From positions 18,600,001 through 18,664,000 of the forward strand of contig JAQFVV010000004.1 of the NCBI GenBank assembly GCA_028023455.1: a DNA stretch of 64,000 nt, given 5' to 3'. This document shows positions 14,037-27,360 of the stretch, one piece after another (positions within the stretch are counted from its first letter, which is position 1; each line of letters begins with the position of its first letter). The notes under the pieces were generated by a model. That model searched no databases. It worked only from the letters and a program-made list of their open reading frames with translations, and had not been told where the DNA came from. This stretch comes from Epiperipatus broadwayi. Its lineage: Eukaryota; Animalia; Onychophora. Position numbers and translations under genes: made by a program.

Positions 14037-15123
14037 CACCTGGGTCTTTTTATGCGGAAGATAGGTTCCACAGAAAACCTGCAGTAAAAAAATCGCACAA
14101 AAATAGACTTACCTTGAAAAATGTGGAATATATTCTGTAATTTTCAAAAATTTGCATAAAAAAATTAAGGAAATAAAGTATGACTAATAAAAAATTTCAA
14201 ATATTTGAAAAAAATTGATACAATACAAACTTTTTTTTATTAACTATTTAATTTTATTCAAAACAATGTTTTTATGTGTAATCTATTTTATATTTTTTCA
14301 CACATATTTTTAATCATTATCACTATTTGACAATATGCAGTTCATTTGTGAATTGGTAAGACATCAGATTCGTAACAAGAGGAAATAAAATTAACGCCAA
14401 TTTCAGTCTCGTGCTGTGTTAATGGTCTTATATCGACAATGTAATTGGTAATTAAACTTTGAGACAATTTTACTAATTGTTTATGAAGCTCGCGATATCC
14501 AGATTGCTATGTCTATCTGTTAGAGAATGCACTTCCACAAGTATGTTAATAATGACTAACGGTTAAATTTTCTTTTATACACGTATATACATGGAGAAAC
14601 TTTTAGACAGAAAAAAGTTACAAGTAAAAATAATTAAAAACTTTTAAAGATACATTCTTTTTAAGTAGAAATTAATTTACTTGTAACTTTTCTGTCTAAA
14701 AGTTTGCCCTTGTTTATATGTGTATAAAAGAAAATATACATAATACAGACATACAACTATTTAGCTCTTGTTGGAATTTTGTTCATAATTCATGTCATTA
14801 ACAAGAAAATGATTTTCCAATTGATTAGAAAGTTGAAGACTTTCTCGAATCATTTTTGCTGTGAAATGAACAGGTTCCACTTCTGTTTCATCATCTTTTT
14901 CTAAATCTTCTATGGTATCTAAATTTATTGCGAAACCTTTTTCCAACAGGCATTTAAAGTATGTAAAATTTAATGCATGTAGGTAAAACAGGAAAATCCT
15001 GATTTTTAAGTGAAATATGAATTTATCGCATAAAAGAAAACTGCATAAAAAGATATTAAGAAGAAACATGAATCGCATAACTTCAAAATAGCATTTAAAA
15101 AATCACAAAAAGAGACCCAGATG
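14037..15123 (-). mobile_element. Tigger/pogo-derived non-autonomous element, copy 1
   Basis: TIR CACCTGGGTCT...AGACCCAGATG after TA. Minus-strand remnant EDLEKDDETEVEPVHFTAKMIRESLQLSNQLENHFLVNDMNYEQ resembles Tigger transposase C-terminus. Internal ~130-bp palindrome. Confidence 0.8.
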
Positions 15124-18100
15124 TGCACTCAATTACACACACTAATGAAATAATCTGAAAATAACGTTGCTCCAACTGCTATGGCAATACCTAAAATAAA
15201 CTTATAAGTTTAACTTTCTTGAAAAATCTGGTTGGCACTTTGAGAGATTGTGATGCGAATATTCTATGGGCAGCTGCCTTAGCATCAGCATATGTACTTA
15301 GTAAGCAATGTACACCCATGTTTTGTAGAAAAATTGCCCGGAATAAATTTCTGAATATGCAATTAAATATCGGAGGAATATTACTTACATACTTAAGTCT
15401 ACCCAATGATTTTCTGCTTTCGGATATACCTTTTTCCATCAAATATCGAAAGTAACGTTGCCTTACAGAAAATACAATATGAAGTAGATCAGACTTAATA
15501 TTAACTCTCAAAACATAATTTCACCAGCTACGATACGTCACAAATTAAGATCCTTTATTCTAAATTCTCAAAGAAAAATCCCTTAAAATGAATTATGGCA
15601 TTTTAAAAAATGTACTTCTTGTGAAGTTCTAAATAAATTTCTAAATCCAACAGTTCATAATACATGGTGATCCAAATTCAGTCCACAAGCTGAGTTTGCT
15701 GATGCTACTTTATACAAAATCAAAATTTGTGCTCATTCCAGCCTTTTTTTTTAAAAAAAAAAAGAGGTTGGTCCTTATTTGTAATTCAAAAAGCTAAATC
15801 AGTAATAGAATGAATCACTCACTGAAATTTGACACCCCTACTCCTCATCATTTTATGAAATGACTAATTATTGAGATATATTATTATTGGAATCTAAATA
15901 TAGTAAATGCATATATACAGGATAGCAAAAAAATAATTGAAATCTAGCAGACATCTAATGAAATGACTTTACTAAACACTCATCAAACTATTAATATTAT
16001 GCATATTCAAAACTTTTAAATCACATCTTAAAAAATGGTTTTTATAGGAATTGTTCAACCCAGCATAATGATTACCAATTATAAGATAGTTCATCAATTA
16101 TCTTTTGAATCATGCACAAATTAGTATATAAATGTCACCAATGAGTGGGAAAATAATGAAATTTAAATATTTATTATTAAGAAAAGTGAAAAGCTAAGTA
16201 TTATACCAACAAAATAGTTTTAAAGACTATAATTAAATCAACATAAATTTCAAACTAATCTAATGATGCCGAAAAAAGAACATTATTTATTTATTTATCC
16301 GTTTATTAAAAAAAAAATCATGTATATTTCAAAATTGTGCATATTAGAAGAAAAAAAATCTTTATTGATTTATTCATTTATAAATATTTATTTACTTGTA
16401 AGTAAATCAGTTGTTTCACAGTTTTTAACTTAGATGTTTGCCAAAACCAAATTCAAAATAATCTACAGGCTTTTTTTTTTAAAGTGATAAATAGTTAAAC
16501 TAAAGTGTTATTATTTATCAGATAATTTAATAATATTAAATGTAAAAAGTGGATTACTTTCAAATATATATAAATTATCCAATATTTTCATAATTCTTTT
16601 GAAGTTTTTTTTTTAAAAAAAAAGTGATAAAATAGCATATAAACGTAAATGAGAAAAAACATCAAGATGTAATTATCACAATTTTGATAAAAAGTAATAA
16701 ATCAAAAAACTTTAACTCATATTAAACATTTGTTAACAATGCCCATAAAATTTCTGGAACTTTCTCCAACATTTTATTATCACAAAACTGCAAAGAAATA
16801 GAAAAAAAAAAGGAAGCCATTTAATGAATTTAAAATTTTTTTATTAAAGAGTTCAAGCTGAACATACATTCATTACATAGTTGGATTAAGATTCAACCAA
16901 GGAAAAGAATACACCAAAACTGGAAAAAAAAAATTTTTTTTTTGCATTCCACCTGAAATCTATAAATAAAAATTAAAGCAGCAAACACTATTTAAAAAAA
17001 AAAATATTGAAAGGAAAAAATCTTCAGTTTTATACATTTCTTTAACTTGTCTGTTGAAAATTAAAAATAATTTTAAAAAAAGGAAATGTTGAGACAACAC
17101 AAAACATGGGAGACATCAAAATTAATAGTGCACTCTGGTGTTGAAGCTGGGCAGTTGATGTTCTCCCTACCAGTCTTTTGCAACTATTTTTAAGGAAAGT
17201 GGAAAACTAGGGATCGAACAATACCCGCATTGATGAATAGCCGATACAGTGATACCAGTGTCGATTATTACCGACACAAATATTACCTATACGTGGCTGT
17301 TTTTGTTGTGCCTGGGCTCAATCCAGCACGCTCAGAAGTGCATTAATTATAATGTGGAATTATGGAAGTAGTTCCTTCTGAGCAAATTTGATAAAATATT
17401 CATATGCAACTTATAAAAAGAAAAAACAAATATATAATGTCCCTTCTCTCTGAGAATGCTGGATTTTTCAAATTCGATGATTATATTTATACATATACAT
17501 ATTTCATGAAGATTCTTAATGATTAACATAAAAAAAGACTATACACAATAATATACAGAGCACTCAATAAGAGTGATTAATATAAAGCCTATGCCTGTAG
17601 GCATTTAAATACAAAAATATTGCCACGTTCGTATCGGTTAGATAAGATGTAAATCTTTATGGTAGCAATCATTTATCAGCAATGAACAAGCATCGGCCAA
17701 CCCCCAATTCAGAATCCAGACAATATTACAGCTTGTATTTTATTTTTTACTTTATAAGTATTTAAATGATTTTTTTATCTTTTATAAAAAAATTACGTAA
17801 AAATTCCAACAAAAAAGTGCATCTTATGAAATTATATATAAATATGACATAAAATTTCATTAAATAATAATTCTTGACCTTTGAAAATAAAATTACACCA
17901 TAATTAATTACTACAAAATGCTAAAAAAATCAAAAATAATAAAAAAACTGAAAATATTCACTATTATAAAAAAACTTACAATCTACCCTGGGTAATGTGA
18001 AAAAAGAACTGAAGCTTACTCACAATATAATTCCAATAAATTATCCAAATAGATTTTCTTTCTAAAAAAAAGTCATTACTGGACACAGTCCAGCAAAAAT

Positions 18101-18704
18101 AAAAATAAATAATGTTTTGTCCTCAAAACAGTGTTGGACTGGCTTGGAGACAAACAACAATATGAATTTCTTCAATCCAAATTATACTGTCACCATCTGT
18201 ATTGCTATATTACATTTTCTTTTTAAAGGAATGTTCAAGAAATCAGGCCAATATTTGTTTTTTTTTTTTTTGTTTCATTTTGGTAATCTGTACAAAAGAT
18301 TCAATCAGTCCCATTCCATTGGAACTAATTACCTAATCATATGAAGAAAAATAAGAGACTAAAATGGCTTTTTTCTAACAAACAAAATAAAATAAAAACC
18401 CCAGGGTTTCTCTAAAGGAGGATTTGTTGAATACTAAACTTCTTGGTCCAATTTTTTTCTACGTGTAATGCTGTCTTTGAAGTTCAAGGGTGATTGTAGA
18501 TTTTTTTTTTCTTCATAATTGTTGGCATCAGTTGATAAAAATGGTTGGAAATTAAAAAAAACATGATGAATGAAAAGATAAATAAACAGCGAAGTGTTTG
18601 CTTCCCTCCTTGAAAAGCAAAGAAGGAAGTACTTCAGTTTTTTGTAAAAATGCCTTCAATCTTAGATAATTTTTTCCACTATTGTTTTGGAGCTGCCGGC
18701 GAGA

Positions 18705-18958
18705 TTATTCATCTTCCTCACCCTGGCCATACATGTCAGCCAATTTCTGAAACCTAGGTCCCCAGTCAGTGAGATAGTCAAAGTCCTGAGGATCATCATC
18801 TGTACCTGAGGCCAGAGAACTGAGGGAACCAGCTGTACTGCCTCCCCCTTCATAAGCATAGTTCCGGTAATCATCATGAGGGGGCATGTTAGGATCATTG
18901 TCTGCATCATTGAGACGATCATTAATAAAATCACCCACATCAGGTTGGTCTCCAGGAC
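18705..18958 (-). CDS. CadN: Neural-cadherin-like last coding exon: beta-catenin-binding tail (PDVGDFI...[16 protein letters not shown]...[19 protein letters not shown])
   Basis: Acceptor ttgcag|GT completes C+GT (Arg); TAA stop at 18705-18707; classical cadherin cytoplasmic signature. Confidence 0.97.
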
Positions 18959-20055
18959 CTGCAATATAAACAAGAATTATTACAAGAATTAAGATTAGCG
19001 GGAATATTTTTCTAATTATTTTATACATAGTGCCATCAATCTATCCACATGCATACATGTATGCAATTTCCCATCTTGTCTAATCTTTCAGCATCCTTGT
19101 ACTTATTAAAATGTTATGCCAATGCAAAGTAGCCAATTGCAATAGCTGCCCCAGATATATATACAAGTAAGCAAATTATCAAGTTTCTAATCAAGGATTG
19201 TTATAAATTTCATTTTTGTTTGGAAACTTGTTACAGTTGCTAATCTTTAATACACATTTGGAATAGCTAATACAAATAGTCATTTTGCTTGGCATTGTAA
19301 TCTAATAAGTTTAGGTCTTCTCAAATATTTATTGACAATTTGGTCAAATAATTAAGATTAGAAATTACAAATATTAGGAAATGATTGCATTTAATTACAT
19401 ATGCATATGTATTTAAATAAATATATACAGATACATCCAAAGATATTTAGACAAAATAAGTAATATTTGATTTATAGATATGGAAATATGTGAATTATAA
19501 ACTGTTTCAAAAAATACAATGTGATAACTGTATAAGAGTCAAAAAATATTTATTAAGTAAAAGATATTTAAAAAAATAAGATTTAACAAGAAGTACTTAA
19601 AAGATTAAATTGTAATTAATAAAAAGCAAGAAAGAATATTTTTGAAAATTTGGTAACTGATTATAGCCAGAATAACAATTTTTAAACAACAAATTCTTTA
19701 TATCCTAATAAATAATGACTAATTCTTCAAATTGCCTTTTCTTAAATTTTATGCATAATTTTATTATTCTTGATCATCTTCACTGAAAATTTTTATTTCA
19801 TATATCATTAATTCTTAAACAAGCTTTTAATAATATAAAAATTGTTCTGGATTGAGATGGGATATTCCAAAGCATTACTAAGAACATAAATATTATAAAG
19901 GTTTTCTAGCTGCAGATACAATAATCATAAGATTAAATTGGGAATGGAAAAAGATCTCAATATTTAAATAGGGAGAAGAGTGAGTCAATCATTATTTAGG
20001 AAATCTAAAAAAAAAAAGCAGCTTTAGTGGAAAGTCACATATTGCAAGAAAGCAA

Positions 20056-20510
20056 TATTTAAAAAAAATATTACAATAATTTGCAAAATAAGAATGGAAA
20101 ACAGATAATTTTAAGAAAAAAGAATTATGTAAATGTATTTAAAATAAAGAACAAAAGAAACATAAGAATTTTTTCTATAATAGGGAAGTATATAATATTA
20201 ATCAGAAAATACAATAAATTTACATATTTATAGCTGACCTTGGTTTAGATAATTCTAGCTAATGATCAGAATACTTTTGTTAGATATATAATATTTAAAG
20301 TTCATTCATAGTTTTGCAAAAATGTTTGAATACAAAAGTCTGTTAATCAGTGGATCTAGATGTGCCTTGATTATATACTTCTCTATTATAGGAAAAATTC
20401 TCATGTTTCTTTTGTTCTTTATTTTAAATATATTTACATAATTCATTTTTCTTAAAATTATCTGTTTTCCATTCTTATTTTGCAAATTATTGTAATAATT
20501 TTTTAAAATA
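20056..20510. repeat. Foldback / long-TIR MITE-like inverted repeat (arms about 140 bp, spacer about 175 bp) in the last cadherin intron
   Basis: 20056-20196 is the reverse complement of 20370-20510 (attacaataatttgcaaaataagaatggaaaacagataattttaag...). Confidence 0.85.
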
Positions 20511-22866
20511 TATATATACTCAAAATATCAACTTATGCTTCAATGAATAATAGATGGCAGTGGAATCAGTCTTATAATTGATTTTCTGATTATTTTGCCT
20601 TTAGGTAGGAGCAATGATATGCTGCATTCATCTAATAACTAATATTCTTATCTTATTATCCAAGCTATGGATAGAATTAGTATAAAAAAGGTCAATGGAC
20701 AGTTATAGTATGAACAATGGCTGCAATAACAATGGTAATAAACTTTTTACATGTACAATCATTTTTATGTCAACTTAATTAAAAGATTCGATAACAAGTT
20801 GTTAGTTAAATGATAGATTACAAGAAAATTCTAAAGTAGTAGTAATGAAATACAATTATACAATTAATTGATTACATTAATACTAAATGGTGTTTAATAA
20901 ATCTAAGTATTATTAATTTTCAAGGTACCATCCACAGCTGTACAATATTTTATCTACTGATGAAAAAAATTGAATGAATCGGCAGGACATACAGCAACTT
21001 CATTTCTATTTGAATGTTTTGATTAATATGATATAAAAAGTGTTTAATTAGAATGATTAATTGGTAAATCATTATTGTTTTTGATTAGTACCTTATACAG
21101 CATAAATTTTTAACAGTTTAATATTGTTCTGAATATAATTTTCAGGAGTATATAGATGATGTATTACAAACATAAGAGGTTTATAATGAGAATGTAAAAG
21201 GTAAATTGATAAATTTATTATTACATTTCCATTTAATTAAAAAAAATCATTAAACAAAAAAAAAGTCTGGAATTGCTAAATGATAAAACCTATATTTAGT
21301 ACATTACAAATATATAGCACATGAACTTTATGAAAGACTGAAGCGTAAAACCTAATCCGTTTTATCATCAGAAAAACAATGAATATGTATTGCCTCTGAC
21401 CAATAATATAGGCAGGGTAATTCCATCAATTGGATGACAAAAAATGAAGAATCACTTTGATGTATCAATATAGCACTTGTTCAGATTATTCTTTCATTCA
21501 CATGATTTATTATTCTGAAGTGTAGATTTCTAACAGTACATACTAATGTACAGTTGATGGAAGTGAGGAAATCATTATTTCTCCCTATATCTTTTTTTAA
21601 TATAATAATTTTACATTTATGATATTTTATTAGTTTTCTTAAAACTTCCATAAAAGTAACAAAATCAAGCATTTATTTATCCTAGCTAGTCCATTGAATA
21701 AAGTGTATCTGTTTTTGCATTACTATGTCTTTATAATTTGTATAAATACTTTATGTAGCAATTTTGAATTAGCTCATATTATAAAATACAAAGTTGTGTC
21801 ATTGCGTCTATGGCATGATTGTAGTTCCAATATAATTACAATTGCTATATAATATTTTATCCCAACACAAGTAATTTTTGAATTAAATCCATATTGTAGT
21901 ACAAAGTTACAGTAATTCAAAGACATTCATAATGACCATATTCAAAAATTTGATTCATATTGTTTTAAATATCTATCTCTTTCAAAAAGTACACTATGAA
22001 GAATGTGTAATATATATCAAAATAAATTTTTGTATTGTGTTTTATTTTTCAAATTATAACTTTTAGGTATTAAATGTTTTACTTCCTTATTGTTTTTTAT
22101 ACTCTTTCATATAAAACGTTACAGTCATTTTAAAATATTTAATTTCTTTTACCTTACACAAATTGTGTTTTATTGATAAGTATTAGAAAATAAATATGTA
22201 TCAATGTATTGTTTAAGTGAATAGCATAATGTTGACTGCTGTCTTTTATCGCTAATGGTATTAAATCTCATTTTATATGACAAAAATAGAAATAATAATA
22301 TAAAAAAGTGTATAACTTAAAAGTGCTGCTGAGTTTGATATTTGCCATGCATATATTGAATCCTTTCTCTTACTGAATGCCTCAAGTTATTATATATAAA
22401 TTCAGTTTAAAATGTTTTGAATTAGTAATATCATTTTTAATTTTGGTAATTTTCTATACACCCAGTACTTATTTTCTGCAATTGTATCTACTAAATGATT
22501 ACAAAAAGAAACTCTTCCATACTTCTATTAATATACATTTCATGGAAATTTAATTTTTTTATTAAATTAAAATAGTGCATAATAAATTCAAAATACAGTC
22601 ACTATGCTTTAAAGGGAAAAAATATTATAATTTGTTTAAATACAGCTAATTTAACATTACATGAGATATCAATTATTGCTGGGTTTTATTCTAAGAATAG
22701 GTGTTTTTGTTAAAAGAAACGAAACTGAATTTATTTCACCTATTTTCAGCAACAGCAATTTTTCTGAAAAAAAAATTATTTTTTGAAAATTTCTATAAAT
22801 ATAAATTATGAGATCAATATCAGGAAATGATCTAATCTGAAGCTAAATATATATTAAATAACTTAC

Positions 22867-23121
22867 GTCTGGGTGGGGCTTTAGAAACAGGCTGAGCTTG
22901 ATTAGGCAAAGGTGGCTTTCTTGTACTTTCATTGCTTCTTCTATCAGGATCTACAGGAATTCGTAATGGTCCGATATCATACGCATTGGTGTCATCTTCT
23001 CCCGCTCCTTCATCATCATAATTTATAATATTTTCTCTGATATCATCATCAGGATCAACAACCATGGCGTATTTCTCGTTACGTCGTGAACGTGTATAAA
23101 TCACCAGCACCAAAACAAGCA
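22867..23121 (-). CDS. CadN: Neural-cadherin-like exon: C-half of TM and juxtamembrane p120-binding region ([19 protein letters not shown])
   Basis: Acceptor ttttaatag|TG, donor C|gtaagt; 255 nt; follows a 90-bp intron. Confidence 0.95.
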
Positions 23122-23211
23122 CTATTAAAAGTATAATTTGATAAACAAATTTAAAAAATGTTTCATAGCAAATTACAATAAAAATTAAAAGAAATATCTT
23201 GGATTACTTAC

Positions 23212-23450
23212 TCAATAAGAAAAAGATACACACAAGAATTGCAGCCAGTGCGCCGACACTGAGCCGGAGGACTTGGGCTAGGGCAGGGTTACATTCCAAG
23301 CCTTGGCTGCCATCAGGGCACTTGCAGATGTAGCCCTGGCCGCTAGGCAGATTCACGCACTCTGCATCAACTGGACATGGCAAGTTTTCACATTCGTCCT
23401 CATCAATACAAGCAGAACCATTTCGGTTCTTAATAAATCGTGGTGGACAC
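23212..23450 (-). CDS. CadN: Neural-cadherin-like exon: calcium-binding EGF and N-half of TM (MCPPRFIKNRNGSACIDEDECENLPCPVDAECVNLPSGQGYICKCPDGSQGLECNPALAQVLRLSVGALAAILVCIFFLL)
   Basis: Not in the ORF track (no Met); found by reading. Acceptor (T)n aag|G completes AT+G; donor A|gtaagt; 239 nt. Confidence 0.95.
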
Positions 23451-24157
23451 CTTAAAAAAAAAAAAAAAAAAATTATTGCGTAATATATATAAATACAAGT
23501 TTAAAAAAATGTAATGAGAACGTAAGTTAGCAACTATAAATATCAGAAATATCAATATAAAACTTTTTATAAATAAAGAAGAATAATCTACTGGACAAAG
23601 TTAAAGTAATTGGATTGGCAGAGAGAGAGATCTTTATTAAAATGCCCATTCTTTTAAAATATATATACATATTACAGAATGAAAATATTCAATCAATTCA
23701 GTCAGTCCCAACTTGTCATTTTTGTTAGGATTTATTTGTTTATACCAGTTTTCTTCAAATTATTTTATTAACTAATTTAAATTACTAAAAAAATAGTAAT
23801 TCAACTTTACATTTATGTACACAATCATATTCTAGAAGCATATATTTATATATTAATTATCAATTAGTTGATCAAACTTGTATTTCTGGTAATTCCATGA
23901 ATAAAACTTTTAGTGCGAGTAAAATAGTATATTTGTGGTGATTCCGCTAATAATGAGCTTGGCTAATTTTAGAACTTCACTGCTTATAAAAATATTTTAT
24001 GTTCAATGTTTGTTTGACCTTATAAAAAAAAAAAATTAGAAAAATATATGTAAACAATTCAAAAATTCTATTTTCTTGTTCCACTTTTATAATATATATG
24101 TATATTCGAAAAGTATGATTTCATCTTTATGAATAATTCACTGATTATAATAATATA

Positions 24158-25284
24158 CATCTGGGTCTCGTTTTATGAGGATTTTTTTAATTAGATATAA
24201 CAGAAACAAATAAATATTCTTTTAGATTTTTAAAAATAATCAGAAATAACAAAAATTTTGTTGATTTTGTAAACTGAAAATAATCTTTTAGAAATGATAA
24301 CGTATAATCTTTTTGTTTGGATTGCGATCTCATTTTTTTAATATTAAAAGAAACAAAATGTGACTTTTAGACAGAAAAAAGTTATAATAACTTTTATTTT
24401 CTACTTAAAAAGAATGTATCTTTAAAATGTGTTTATATTTTCTTTTATACACAAATGTAAATGGAGAAGCTTTTAGACAGAAAAAAGTTACAAATAAAAA
24501 TATTTAAGAACTTTTAATTTCTACTTAAAAAGAACGTATCTTTAAAGGTTTTTAAATATTTGTACTTGTAACTTTTTTCTGTCTAAAAGTTTCTCCATGT
24601 ATATACATATATAAAAGAAACTTTTTTCTGTCTAAAAGTTTCTCCATGTATATACATATATAAAAGATAATTTAACTGTTAGTCATTATTAACACACTCA
24701 TAAAAGCGTGTTATATATAGAGTTGCACTAGTGGAAGTGCATTCTCTAACAGATAGACATAGCAATCTGGATATTGCAAGTTTCATAAACAATTAGTAAA
24801 ATCATCGTCTCAAAGTTTAATCACCGACATTGGTGATAGAAAACCATTAACACAGCACAAGACTGAAGGCAGCGCTAATTGTACTTCCTCTTGTGACGAA
24901 TCTAATTTCTTACCAGTTCACAAACGAACTGCATATTGTCAAATAGTGATAATGATTAAAATATGTGTGAAAAAATGTAAAATAAATTACACATAAAAAC
25001 ATTGTTTTGAATAAAATTAAATACTGTAGTTAATAAAAAAAGTTTGTCTCGTATCAATTTTTTTCAAATATTTGAAATTTTTTATTAGTCATACTTTATT
25101 TCCTTTTTTTTTTTTATGCGAATTTTAAAGTAATTTTTCCTTGTTGCTTTGCTTTTATGCAATTTCTGAAAATTACTGAACATATCCTCTATTTTTCAAG
25201 GTAAGTTAAGTCTATTTTTGTGCAATTTTTTTTAATGCAGGTTTTCTGCAGAACCTATCTACCGTATAAAATGAGACCCAGGTG
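24158..25284 (+). mobile_element. Tigger/pogo-derived non-autonomous element, copy 2 (inverted relative to copies 1 and 3)
   Basis: TA|CATCTGGGTCTCGTTTTATG...TATAAAATGAGACCCAGGTG|TA. Shares the internal region with the other copies, lacks the transposase remnant and has extra duplications of the internal palindrome arms. Confidence 0.85.
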
Positions 25285-25619
25285 TATTCTATTTTCTCTT
25301 CTTTTTATATTATGTAATTACTATCTAAATGAAGAAAACATCTCTTTCATTTTCTGCAATAGATATAATGATCAGGAGTAATAATTTGCATTGCTTGCAA
25401 TAATAAAATATTGTGCATCCCAAGCGTCTTAGAGCAAATGAGCAATTTTAATGACACATTGAGAAACATTTAGCCTTTCATTATTTTCAATTATATATTT
25501 TCCTAGTATGCAGAGTAATTAAATTCTTTAAATCTGAACCTGCACTGAAATCAAATTTGAGCATATTTAAATAACATTATCAATTAATTATCTATAAATT
25601 GTGGATGAAAATAAAGGCA

Positions 25620-26130
25620 AGAAAAATGACATATTTTATTGGCAAGGTTCACTAAGCCTGTTTATTGCTTTAATCTCTCTTCTCAATTCATTAATCACTT
25701 CTTTTTTTCTTCTAGTATTCTTTCTCTTATCTTTTAAAGATTATTTCAAAACAACTTTCACATTTTCCATTTCTACTCCACTCATAATTTCCTCAACAAA
25801 TAATCTCTTTTCATTAACTCTAATATTTCAACTCTAAAATCCTATCCTACCATCCTAATTTTTCCTTCTCCACACCCATAACTTCATCTTTTTTTTAATT
25901 CCCCAGATCTCTGCACATATAATGCAACATTTTAAATAGAACATTTAAAAGCTTTTTTCTTAATTCCAATCTCAATGGATCATAAAATAGCTTTTATTAA
26001 TATTCTGTTTCGGCAATACATTTCGTTATAATACACATCAAAATCATTACCAGTCAGGCAACTTCTAAATATTTAGAATCTCTGATTTACTCTAAAATTT
26101 ACAGGTTAATTGTCATTTTTAATCTTTGTC
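25620..26130 (-). mobile_element. Decayed RTE-like LINE fragment
   Basis: Minus strand reads ...YMCRDLG...MKLWVWRR..., resembling the RTE 'Y.xETW...EMWxWRRM' region; multiple stops; approximate limits. Confidence 0.3.
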
Positions 26131-26145
26131 ACTTTCAACTATAAT

Positions 26146-27032
26146 ATAATCTTCAATACTTTCTCTTCCTCTTTCCTTCTTTATTTTTGCTTTTTTTTAT
26201 ATAACATATAATAACAACATTTCACTCTTCTTACACTTTAAAGCAAAATATATTTATTTATTCTTTACAGTTTCGACTGTTCCCAGCAGTCTTCATCACA
26301 TCTACAAAATTTAAACATTATATCAATACAACCATATTTCATACATATACATATCTATTATAATCTTACAATTTCAACTTAATTATTAACATCACTTTAT
26401 TCATTAAACTTACTATTCTATAACTTTTAACTTTTTAATTCTATTTTAACCTTTTTTTTTTTTTCTTAATTATTATCATATTGATATTTATTCACCTTTG
26501 CCATAATTTTAGAAATTCAATAAAAAATACATATAATAAAAATATTTTTTTAAAAATTAAGTAAATGAAAGAAGCAGGAATAAAATATGAATAAAAAAGA
26601 AATTAAGGAATGGAATAAGATAATAAAAAATTAAGATAATATGTACAAGTAAGTGAAATGAAAAATAAAGTTAAATATATGAAAATAGTAATATAAGAAA
26701 GATTTTATAAATATTACATTGAATTTCTAAAATTATGGCAAAAGTAAAAGGTGAATAAATATAAATATGATAATAATTAAGAATAAAAATAAATAAGAAA
26801 AATCAAAGATAAAATAGAATTAAAAAGTTATAGAATAGTAAGTTTAATGAATAAAGTGATGTTAATAATTAAGTTGATAAAACTGTATATATGTATGAAA
26901 TATGGTTGTATTGATATAATGTTTAAATTTTGTAGATCTGACTAAGACTGCTAGGGACAGTTGAAACTGTAAAGAATAAATAAATATATTTTGCTTTAAA
27001 ATGTAAGAAGACTGAAATGTTGTTATTATATG
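26146..27032. mobile_element. Truncated Penelope-like element 3' end with inverted duplication and decayed hammerhead cores
   Basis: 13-bp TSD TTTCAACTATAAT (26133-26145, 27033-27045); arms 26203-26521 and 26718-27034; RKIKDKIELKS (26796-26828) resembles the GIY-YIG C-terminus; HHR-like cores at 26266-26299 (-) and 26938-26971 (+). Confidence 0.7.
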
Positions 27033-27360
27033 TTTCAACTATAATCCTATTTATATACTTAAATGTATTAAATTTCCAAACTTTCTAAAAATATGTCACT
27101 CTCAATATCCAAAAACATTCATATCATCAACAAAATTTCACTAACTACCAACCTTTATTATAAACTTTATTTATATATTAAGCTAAACAGGAAATAAACA
27201 ATACTCCTCTCTTAAAAAAAAACCATCCTATTTAATCTTAGAAATGTTTTTTTGATTCATGTATAAACTTCTTAATAGTCTTTTTTCTTTCAACATATAC
27301 CATCTATACAATTGCCAATAAAATAATCTACTTCACTCTATCAAAAGCCGGTAACTGAAT

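Noticed and set aside
18662-18973. 103-aa alternative-frame ORF over the last cadherin exon
   Set aside because: Frame shadow of the real exon; no independent features.
21335-21372. CTGATGA followed by TAAAAC/GTTTTA hairpin (minus strand)
   Set aside because: GAAA is absent after the stem; not a hammerhead as it stands.
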